From Yuukianura sp. NJ FZ-2021 (Eukaryota), in contig CM102289.1 of NCBI GenBank assembly GCA_046563655.1, positions 9,858,001 through 9,922,000 of the forward strand: DNA of 64,000 bases, read 5' to 3'. Below are positions 38,078 to 51,577 of this stretch, in pieces. Below the pieces are notes generated by a model. It had not been told where the DNA came from. It worked only from the letters and a program-made list of their open reading frames with translations, and made no database searches. Numbering within the stretch: position 1 is the first letter of the stretch; each line of letters starts with the position of its first letter. A program made the translations under genes and the position numbers.

Positions 38078-41000
38078 TTTAGTAGGAAAATCACTCTTTT
38101 TAAATAACATAATTCCAAATTTCAAAACGTTAAAAGTTTAGTAGGAAAATCACTCTTTCTAAATAGCATAATTCCAAATTCCAAAAAGTTAAAAGTTTAG
38201 TAGGAAAATCACTCTTTCTAAATAGCATAATTCCAAATTCCAAAAAGTTAAAAGTTTAGTAGGAAAATCACTCTTTCTAAATAGCATAATTCCAAATTCC
38301 AAAAAGTTAAAAGTTTAGTAGGAAAATCACTCTTTCTAAATAGCATAATTCCAAATTCCAAAAAGTTAAAAGTTTAGTAGGAAAATCACTCTTTCTAAAT
38401 AGCATAATTCCAAATTCCAAAAAGTTAAAAGTTTAGTAGGAAAATCACTCTTTCTAAATAGCATAATTCCAAATTCCAAAAAGTTAAAAGTTTAGTAGGA
38501 AAATCACTCTTTCTAAATAGCATAATTCCAAATTCCAAAAAGTTAAAAGTTTAGTAGGAAAATCACTCTTTCTAAATAGCATAATTCCAAATTCCAAAAA
38601 GTTAAAAGTTTAGTAGGAAAATCACTCTTTCTAAATAGCATAATTCCAAATTCCAAAAAGTTAAAAGTTTAGTAGGAAAATCACTCTTTCTAAATAGCAT
38701 AATTCCAAATTCCAAAAAGTTAAAAGTTTAGTAGGAAAATCACTCTTTCTAAATAGCATAATTCCAAATTCCAAAAAGTTAAAAGTTTAGTAGGAAAATC
38801 ACTCTTTCTAAATAGCATAATTCCAAATTCCAAAAAGTTAAAAGTTTAGTAGGAAAATCACTCTTTCTAAATAGCATAATTCCAAATTCCAAAAAGTTAA
38901 AAGTTTAGTAGGAAAATCACTCTTTCTAAATAGCATAATTCCAAATTCCAAAAAGTTAAAAGTTTAGTAGGAAAATCACTCTTTCTAAATAGCATAATTC
39001 CAAATTCCAAAAAGTTAAAAGTTTAGTAGGAAAATCACTCTTTCTAAATAGCATAATTCCAAATTCCAAAAAGTTAAAAGTTTAGTAGGAAAATCACTCT
39101 TTCTAAATAGCATAATTCCAAATTCCAAAAAGTTAAAAGTTTAGTAGGAAAATCACTCTTTCTAAATAGCATAATTCCAAATTCCAAAAAGTTAAAAGTT
39201 TAGTAGGAAAATCACTCTTTCTAAATAGCATAATTCCAAATTCCAAAAAGTTAAAAGTTTAGTAGGAAAATCACTCTTTCTAAATAGCATAATTCCAAAT
39301 TCCAAAAAGTTAAAAGTTTAGTAGGAAAATCACTCTTTCTAAATAGCATAATTCCAAATTCCAAAAAGTTAAAAGTTTAGTAGGAAAATCACTCTTTCTA
39401 AATAGCATAATTCCAAATTCCAAAAAGTTAAAAGTTTAGTAGGAAAATCACTCTTTCTAAATAGCATAATTCCAAATTCCAAAAAGTTAAAAGTTTAGTA
39501 GGAAAATCACTCTTTCTAAATAGCATAATTCCAAATTCCAAAAAGTTAAAAGTTTAGTAGGAAAATCACTCTTTCTAAATAGCATAATTCCAAATTCCAA
39601 AAAGTTAAAAGTTTAGTAGGAAAATCACTCTTTCTAAATAGCATAATTCCAAATTCCAAAAAGTTAAAAGTTTAGTAGGAAAATCACTCTTTCTAAATAG
39701 CATAATTCCAAATTCCAAAAAGTTAAAAGTTTAGTAGGAAAATCACTCTTTCTAAATAGCATAATTCCAAATTCCAAAAAGTTAAAAGTTTAGTAGGAAA
39801 ATCACTCTTTCTAAATAGCATAATTCCAAATTCCAAAAAGTTAAAAGTTTAGTAGGAAAATCACTCTTTCTAAATAGCATAATTCCAAATTCCAAAAAGT
39901 TAAAAGTTTAGTAGGAAAATCACTCTTTCTAAATAGCATAATTCCAAATTCCAAAAAGTTAAAAGTTTAGTAGGAAAATCACTCTTTCTAAATAGCATAA
40001 TTCCAAATTCCAAAAAGTTAAAAGTTTAGTAGGAAAATCACTCTTTCTAAATAGCATAATTCCAAATTCCAAAAAGTTAAAAGTTTAGTAGGAAAATCAC
40101 TCTTTCTAAATAGCATAATTCCAAATTCCAAAAAGTTAAAAGTTTAGTAGGAAAATCACTCTTTCTAAATAGCATAATTCCAAATTCCAAAAAGTTAAAA
40201 GTTTAGTAGGAAAATCACTCTTTCTAAATAGCATAATTCCAAATTCCAAAAAGTTAAAAGTTTAGTAGGAAAATCACTCTTTCTAAATAGCATAATTCCA
40301 AATTCCAAAAAGTTAAAAGTTTAGTAGGAAAATCACTCTTTCTAAATAGCATAATTCCAAATTCCAAAAAGTTAAAAGTTTAGTAGGAAAATCACTCTTT
40401 CTAAATAGCATAATTCCAAATTCCAAAAAGTTAAAAGTTTAGTAGGAAAATCACTCTTTCTAAATAGCATAATTCCAAATTCCAAAAAGTTAAAAGTTTA
40501 GTAGGAAAATCACTCTTTCTAAATAGCATAATTCCAAATTCCAAAAAGTTAAAAGTTTAGTAGGAAAATCACTCTTTCTAAATAGCATAATTCCAAATTC
40601 CAAAAAGTTAAAAGTTTAGTAGGAAAATCACTCTTTCTAAATAGCATAATTCCAAATTCCAAAAAGTTAAAAGTTTAGTAGGAAAATCACTCTTTCTAAA
40701 TAGCATAATTCCAAATTCCAAAAAGTTAAAAGTTTAGTAGGAAAATCACTCTTTCTAAATAGCATAATTCCAAATTCCAAAAAGTTAAAAGTTTAGTAGG
40801 AAAATCACTCTTTCTAAATAGCATAATTCCAAATTCCAAAAAGTTAAAAGTTTAGTAGGAAAATCACTCTTTCTAAATAGCATAATTCCAAATTCCAAAA
40901 AGTTAAAAGTTTAGTAGGAAAATCACTCTTTCTAAATAGCATAATTCCAAATTCCAAAAAGTTAAAAGTTTAGTAGGAAAATCACTCTTTCTAAATAGCA

Positions 41001-41394
41001 TAATTCCGAATTCCAAAAAGTTAAAAGTTTAGTAGGAAAATCACTCTTTCTAAATAGCATAATTCCAAATTCCAAAAAGTTAAAAGTTTAGTAGGAAAAT
41101 CACTCTTTCTAAATAGCATAATTCCAAATTCCAAAAAGTTAAAAGTTTAGTAGGAAAATCACTCTTTCTAAATAGCATAATTCCAAATTCCAAAAAGTTA
41201 AAAGTTTAGTAGGAAAATCACTCTTTCTAAATAGCATAATTCCAAATTCCAAAAAGTTAAAAGTTTAGTAGGAAAATCACTCTTTCTAAATAGCATAATT
41301 CCAAATTCCAAAAAGTTAAAAGTTTAGTAGGAAAATCACTCTTTCTAAATAGCATAATTCCAAATTTCAAAACGTTAAAAACTTAGTTGGAAAA
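38078..41394. repeat. 59-bp tandem satellite array (56 copies)
   Basis: Unit TTAGTAGGAAAATCACTCTTTCTAAATAGCATAATTCCAAATTCCAAAAAGTTAAAAGT. One internal variant seen (A>G at 41008); the first and last copies are diverged. Confidence 0.98.
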
Positions 41395-41880
41395 TGGCCA
41401 AGGCGATGATTATGAGGTGATGAATTTGGGTGCTGAGATTTGAGTAAGTATTGGCTGTGTTGCTGTGAGACACGAGGTGACTCATTGTCAAACTTATTTT
41501 TTTTTGTTGAACTTCCTTGCCATTTGAATTTTACTTATCTCCGAGCCCAACCGAGAGTGAAATACATATGAAGATAGAGGGGTTAGGCGAAGTAAGACAC
41601 AAAATTCATTTCATTTTAACAAATCTTCTGTGGTGGGTTCAATAATCGTTTACCTTCGCTACCTGGAGGAGCAGGGACGATTTTTCAGCGTTTTAATTGT
41701 TTACCGGTAGATACGGTAAGTTTAGATCATGGTTCAAGGCTCGTCGTCGTCGCTTACAGATTTTCTTAATCTAAAAGTTTTGCTTAAATTAGTTCACTTT
41801 GTTTAGTAGTAGGCATAATAACTACTTTGTATATATGAACATGTAATATTCTTATTCTCTTTGACATGACTTTAATAGAT

Positions 41881-44428
<2,548 letters not shown>

Positions 44429-45536
44429 ATGGAAGGATTTGAAAGTTCTGATTGGATCTACATTCTGGAAACTGAGTGAGGAGTAAGTGTTACTAATGGA
44501 AGCATTTAACAAGCCGAATCAACGTCACTTCGTGAACCTTTAGTGGAATAGTTCAACCATGTTACAACTGCTTCTCTAATTAATTTCCACACCTCTCCTT
44601 TAATTTAATTCTAAACATTTCATGAGTTTAAACACTCCGTATTTGAATAAAGTAAACCTGGAGTATGGATTCCTAGTTAAAGAGATCACAATCCTGGATT
44701 TTAACAGGGTATCTCAGTATCTCAGTCTACAAATTCAATTCTACAAACACCCTCCGTTTGCTACGCTAATGGCTTTGCCACACTAAATTTCATGACTTTT
44801 AAACATAAGTATAGATTATGATTAATTTAGTTAATTAAGATTGGTAAAATAGCCTATAAGCACTTCCATGATATGTGTTAGTTCCGGATCGACGCCATTT
44901 TACCCCCTTTACATACAACTTCATAGTTCACTAAAAGCTAAACTACAAAACTCGACATTAGTGATAGAATGGAGAAGTTATGCTCAGACACTTAATCAAT
45001 GCTTACTTAGTTTGGCAGTGTTGGTTGGCATCATTACAAACAGGTTAACCTTGTAGCCTAACAGCGCTAGCTGGCTCTTGTTTACAAACTAACTTTAGCT
45101 TTCCTTAATTCTCATTTCGCTATAATTGGTAACTGTCGAGTTAAGAATTTGCGGAAGGAAGGGAAGTACTGGAGGAGTATAGGAAGGAAGGACTCAAATC
45201 TAAAGACTACTTCCATATTTTCCTGCGAACATGGACAGTCTGTTGCCAAGGAATGAGGACGGTGAGAAGGTAGCCAGAGGCGTTTAGCCTAATTCTAAAA
45301 AGTACTTGGCTTACTAGTTCAAAAACTAAGCTATTCTAGTACATGTGTTCAAGAATGTTGTGAGAATTTTGATCTGCAAGTTTCATTTGACCTGGGCTTA
45401 ATTCTACGCTCATAACTCAATCTAAATGTCTACGCTGCAATCCAATTCCATGCTGACCCTTGGTGTGCCAACATTTGAAGCTCGTACTCCCAATTTCTTC
45501 TTCAGTTCCAAGGAAACTGCTGCCCAATTTAGTCTT

Positions 45537-48500
45537 TTACTTTTCCTCGTGACCGAGTTGATGGCGAGACGATGAGAAGCAGAGTTTCATGATGAATGGA
45601 AACTTGGCACCTAATTCCCAACAGATATTTAGTAAAGGTTGTGTTTAGGATAAGGAGTCTGCGCAGAATGGAGAATCTGACCTGTACTTCGAATGGGGCA
45701 ATGATTCATGATGCAAAGAGCTTCCACGGCTTCTGTCAACGACTCATACTCCAACAGTCCCGAGGAACTCCGCTCACCTAAAGAAGGAACAAACAATTAG
45801 CATCATTTTAAAAAACTAACTTACTTTTTTTTTAGTATAGCTGTTTGCTTGCTAACTTTTGGAGTTGAAGAGTTTGATAATCTTGGGCTGCGGAGCCTGT
45901 GCCTCCACAAAAACTTGTCGAATCTCATCTTCATCTATGCTTGGAGGAGTGTTGAAGAAGTGGAGCGTCTGTAAATTGAAATACAAGTATTAATCGGAAT
46001 CTTAATCAAGAGAATAAGAGAAAGTTTATGTTTGGTATTAAGCTGCTGGGTGGAGGCAGTAACGAAGGTGGAAGCAAAGGTCAGAGGTCAGAGGTTGTCT
46101 GTGTTGTTTGCCCAAAGCCTTTGTGAGATGGTGTGGAGTGCTTACCTTGGTGGGAGGTTGGATTCTGTTTTTACTGGCCATTTCAGGGTTGAGGAAGCTA
46201 GTTAAACGAATCCCAATTAAACAGAAGCTACTTAACTTTGAGCAGGGTTAGCCTGACCCTTAAGTGTCCTTGTATACTTGCTAAATACTTGGCAGTATGT
46301 TAAATACTTGGCAGTATGTTTATAATAAATTGTAAAAGAGGAGTACTGACCGGTTGTTTTTGTTACCCATGAAATCTTTGAAAGAGGGTGTTCCGTCCAA
46401 AAGTGTGTGCGGGTTTTGTACGTCACTAATGAAAACTTGTTTCGAGTATCTGCGTGAAACAATGTGACATGTTGTTAAAATGTTCATTGTGTCCCTACTA
46501 CATTAAGTGTGGTCCCTAACAATTAACTTTAAGAACTTAGTTGAAAGTGTAACTTTTGTAGTGACCAACTATCAACTACTTCCGAAAATGTAAAGAGAAT
46601 TCAAAGCGTGCTGTTAGAGGAGCCGTCGCAAAAGCATTTTTGAGTTGTTAGTTGGTGTTTTGGCTGCTTTTTGTAAAATTGGAAGTGCGTAGAGTGTAGT
46701 TGCTTACCCAAGCTGAACCTTTGAGCCGAACATGTAAGTGTTGTTGAAGTTAGACATCGATCGGTCAACTGACAGGGCGTCTCCCATTTGTACCATTGCA
46801 CATCCATCCTTCGACTTCAGGAATTTCACCTATTAACAAGAACTTTCATTAATTCTTAGTGCTTGACTATGTTTTGCACATGAACTTACCCGAACTACGT
46901 TTCCGTAAAGACAGAAGATGTTGAATATCTTGTTGGCATTGAACTTGTCAGCAGCTAGTCCGTAGACCATCATGACAGCTCCCTGTTGCATTGGACGTCC
47001 GTTCCCACCCATTCCACCAGACATGACGCCTCCATCGGCTGATGCTGGCGGGGAAGTTCTGAGTGACCCACTGCGGAAACTATACTCCTCTTTCGAACTA
47101 ACTCCTCCATATCTATTTACAAAATAAACTTTACTAAAATTTACTAAAAAAACTTACTAAGTTACACTCAACAAAAACTTGGATTTGTACTTACACATCA
47201 TATCTGTCTGGTGGAAACCGTTCGAATGGAGGAGTATCGTGATACGGAGCTGGCGGACCGTTGGATGGCGTTGGCCCGTTGATCGGTCTCGGGTAGCCGC
47301 TTTCGAATCGGTCATATGGCATGTTGGCGAATTGAACTTGGGCTCTCAATGGCTCACTTCCACTTCCTCCTGTAACAAAATTCAAACAAGATAAGCGTGA
47401 ATATTCAAACAAGTTAGTGAATCTCCGAATCGCATCTACATAAATCCATAAAGAGAAACCTTACGGTATGGAACTGGAGCTGATCCGAAACGGGGTTCTT
47501 GCAGAAGCGGTCCAGATCTGCCCTCCTTTGTACTGCTGCTTCCTGAAGTTCAGTAAACAAAAGATTAAGCTTAATGACTTGTGTAAATGTTCAAAAAATT
47601 TTGACTTTTCAAAAGTTGGCTTGCCTAAGTTTGGATTTGTGTAGTCCCAACTTTCAGAGTCATTTTTGTAAACATTGAGTTTCGTTGGCTAAAGTAATTA
47701 GAACAGAATGGAATTCGAGAATTGTTATTTGAGTTGTCAAAAGTGATTAAAATGAAATTAAACATGAACCTAACCTTTGCAAAGTCAATCTTAAGTGTGC
47801 AACATCCTGAGTAGATATCTGCTCCGTGCAGGGACTCCTTCGCTCGTTTCGCCGATTCAATATTTTCGAACGTGTTTCGAAGTTAAGGAAAACTCATATA
47901 ATGTTTGGTATTTAGCAGTGTAATTAAGTTTATAAGTCTAGAACTATAGAAATTGTTAAGTAAAAACTTGCATGATAAGGATATTCAACCATTCCTTGAA
48001 CTCCGTGTTTCTTGAAGATGACAATTCGTAAAACTTGACCGTAAGTGGAACAAATTGTGTGCAGTACATCCTGTAAAAGAATCCAAGAATAAACAGAATG
48101 GGTTAGATTGTCGTTGTTGGGGCAGTGAAAATTTTTTCTAAGTTTTTTGGTCAAAATTTTCGAAAAATTTTTTTTTCGTTTTTTTCACTTTTTATCATGT
48201 TTCAAACGTTTTTGGAACGTTTGGAGCAAAAAAAATTTTTTGACCCTAAGGGTCCCCCCTTCCCATTTTTTTGAAAATCTTGACTCGAAAATTTTCAAAG
48301 TACGAAAACTGAAGTGGTCACCCCTGACAACCTCAAAAATGACCCTTACGAAAGTTGTTTAGAATCATGAGGTGAGTATTTTTTGTCCTATGGACTATGA
48401 CCCTACGACCATTCGTTGAGGTCAGAGGTCAATGCGAACATTTCCCCAATTTTTCTTTGTGTTGACCTCTGACCTCAACGAATGGTCGTAGGGTCATAGT

Positions 48501-49483
48501 CCATAGGACAAAAAATACTCACCTCATGATTCTAAACAACTTTCGTAAGGGTCATTTTTGAGGTTGTCAGGGGTGACCACTTCAGTTTTCGTACTTTGAA
48601 AATTTTCGAGTCAAGATTTTCAAAAAAATGGGAAGGGGGGACCCTTAGGGTCAAAAAATTTTTTTTGCTCCAAACGTTCCAAAAACGTTTGAAACATGAT
48701 AAAAAGTGAAAAAAACGAAAAAAAAATTTTTCGAAAATTTTGACCAAAAAACTTAGAAAAAATTTTCACTGCCCCAACAACGACAATCTAACCACAGAAT
48801 GCTCATCTTCTGCTGATCTTTGAATTAAAGTCAAGAATTGGCAACTTACTGTCGTTATTGGGTACATTGGATTCAGAATGGTAAAGAGAAGAATGTGGTT
48901 GATCCGCTCCGTTTCATCTCTGGAAAGGAAAGGAATTCATTGATTACATTGTCGAACTTGGCCAGTCACATTCAGAACTACATCAGATTTGGTCTGATTG
49001 GAACAGACAATGGTAGGAGTGCCAAAAGTGAACTGACAGACATGCTTTGAGGCAATATGTCACGAATATTTATTTGTTCCTCCCCGTTGCTAATTACTTT
49101 TGGCAGACCGTCATTCTAAAAATCTATCTCCGCATCATCTCCTTATTTAAAACTTAACAATATGCCAACTTTTAAAAGGCAGCCCAGGTTACAATACAAG
49201 TTGTGAGCATGAAGAGAGTAGATCCTTACCGCTTCCTGTGCCCCGGAATGTCATCTCGTTCCATCATGCTGTTGTCCCACTGACGTGAATTCTATTTTAA
49301 ACCAGGTTCCAATTACGTTTCTAAACTTTCCAACTAAAACGTCACTCAAAAGAATTCAAGTAGTAAAATGCTTACTCTGTTGATTGAATCGTCTTCCAGC
49401 TTGGAACGTTTGGTTTGGTCAAATGCTGCTGGATCCCCCAGTGAGCGCTTAGCACTCCCGTTGGTTTCGGTGATATATGCCAT
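45537..49483 (-). CDS. HNRNPL: hnRNP L ortholog (Drosophila smooth-like; three RRMs), multi-exon
   Basis: NHILLFTILNPMYPITT|DVLHTIC..GQVLRIVIFKK.GVQGMVE|F...LHGADIYSGCCTLKIDFAK|PTKLNVYKND; VMMVYGL...FNIFCLYGNVVR|VKFLKS; SFKDFMGNKNNR|F...SKNRIQPPTK|TLHFFN; FIMKLCFSS. The exact C-terminal stop is less certain. Confidence 0.93.
47872..47984 (-). other. U12-type (minor spliceosome) AT-AC intron in hnRNP L
   Basis: 5' ss ATATCCTT, branch site TTTTCCTTAAC 10 nt before the terminal AC. Removal gives GTT GA|G TTC = V-E-F, restoring the RRM. Confidence 0.95.
48101..48793. mobile_element. 693-bp foldback MITE: 332-bp inverted arms, 29-bp spacer, 8-bp TSD
   Basis: 48101-48432 is the reverse complement of 48462-48793 (the ORF track shows identical 71-aa ORFs on opposite strands). 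ACAGAATG is duplicated at 48093-48100 and 48794-48801. Termini GGTTAG...CTAACC. Confidence 0.97.
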
Positions 49484-51577
49484 AATACATGAAGAGATCC
49501 GATTTGACCTGATGATTTGTACTGGCAACAACTTCCGGTGATTCCAGAATTCTTCAGTCCAATGCTACCCACATCCGGTCGTCCGTTATTTGAGGTAACC
49601 CTGAAAACAGTTCGGTTTTAGCTCAGCTGATATCTCCACCAAACAGGTTACTAAAAACGAAAAAGAATGGAATTAGATTTCACAATAGTCAGCTGAAATT
49701 GAAGTTGAGAAAGTACTGGGCTTACCAATTGACGTTAAGTGTTTGACAGTGGATTGATTGATGTTGGAGTTGTGTAATAAGACTCGTGTTCCTGTTCCTG
49801 TGGTTGAATGAGTAATGAATGGATTGTTTTGTTCTTTTGTTTGTGTGTTTCACTTTGTGAATGTTGAGAGTTGAATGAGAGGAAATGAGAGATTTTGAGT
49901 GGCAGGGAGAAAGGGAAAGCCAAATTAAGAGTCACTTGCCCTGCGCTTTCTACCAGTACAAAATCTAATCTCCACCATCAGTCCATGTACTCAGCATTAG
50001 TACTTCCACAAAGTTCATTTAAAACCAAATGACCATCATCTTACCAACATTTCATGGCTACTGTACTGTGGGATGCTCTGCATGTACATTTGAAAGTTTA
50101 CATTGAAATGGAATTGTATAATCCGCACACTCCAAGGGGTTACAACCTTCCGGTTGCTTTCCCTCGTTGCTATTCAGCTCTTTTTGTGTAGGTTTTGATG
50201 ACAGGAATGTTACAAGCTACACTGCATTCTAATCATCTTCCAACCCCTGCTCTTCTCTGGGCTCATCGATTATCGATCAAGTGTCATCCCATCTCAAACA
50301 CAGAAACCAATCAAAAAAGTTACACAACTTAGAAAGTTAGCAAATAAACAGGGTTACATATTTCACAAGAAATATGTAACAGTCCTTTTTTTTTTCTTTG
50401 AAGCAAATTAAATTGCTTTGAAATGTAAGCTTTTGTGACACAATTTTGGATTTTATGACTGTGGATTTTAAGTTTTATTTTTGGAAGTTAGTTGTCACTC
50501 TTTCTTCAACTTAAGATTCATGGGTTCTGAACTTCAAAGCTACGATGCTTTAACGATGAAAGACTCCAGTGAAAAGAGTTAGTAGAAGTGTATCATTTTG
50601 GTCTCGACACCACGGACTACGAAACTACCAATTTCCTCAGCTAGACACTGATTTCAAAGCGTGGATTTATCCCTGCATGACTTCATCTTCCGAAGAAAAG
50701 ACTATCGTCACTCTCTACTTTCCTCAGCTTCCTGTCCAAATTGAACCATAATCCATTCACTCCCCATTTGATTTCATTACTAACTTGTCACTCAATCCCT
50801 AATGCATCCGATATCTCCCCAGCACTTTCCAGCATCTTCCAGATTGTGTCCTGGATTAAGTGAGATTGACTTTCTCTTGCTAGACATGAAATTAAACTGC
50901 CTTCATCCCTCCTTATGGAGATGAGAAAAGAGAATGGCTGCCTCTGGTCCATGAATGGCTTCACCTCCTCCTTGGCCTTGCTCGATAGGCAACTTGCACA
51001 AATCCACACAAAAACTCCCTCAGATAACACAGGGACCTTCGATTCACAAAAGAGAGAGAAAGTTGTGGACCCTGCGCAGTGGCTGGAAGGAGAAAGCTGC
51101 TGGGAAAATCAATTGGATGACGTTCGTAGTTTGGTTGACGTGGTGCCTTTGTTATGCTTAGAGTTTGTGCAACTATACTGCTGGATACTGCTAGTATACT
51201 GGAGGGTAATCCGTGTGAAACGAGTCCATTTGGCGACTGCTCCGGAATAGATTACTTTCTCCTGTGAGGGATTTGGAGAGGGAGAAAGTGAGAGAGCTAT
51301 TAGCCATAAAGTTATAGACGGAGACCCACACATCTCATCTTCAGAACCCACCGACAGTCCCACCGGATCAACTTTAGACGTTTTGCAGTTCATGTTTCCA
51401 TCTGGACACAAATTGGGTGACAGGAATTGAGCGACACGAGTCAATCCACAACAGATTGAAGTCCCCACTTTCTCTCAACTCCTTCCTCTCTCCGGTTCTC
51501 TCCACAATTTCCTTAGTTCCAGACACATTTTGACGTAGTTTGGACCAAACTTTGAAAAGTGTTTAGTGCTGCCAGTT

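Noticed and set aside
46601..46807. Apparent frameshift in an hnRNP L exon suggested by the ORF track
   Set aside because: The track ORF is in a different frame. The true exon reads VKFLKSKDGCAMVQMGDALSVDRSMSNFNNTYMFGSKVQLG without interruption.
48147..48747. Two identical 71-aa ORFs on opposite strands
   Set aside because: A by-product of the perfect inverted repeat; TTG start and low complexity.
50569..51468. Short ORFs between hnRNP L and PC2
   Set aside because: No recognisable domains or exon chain; more consistent with divergent promoter and 5' UTR sequence.
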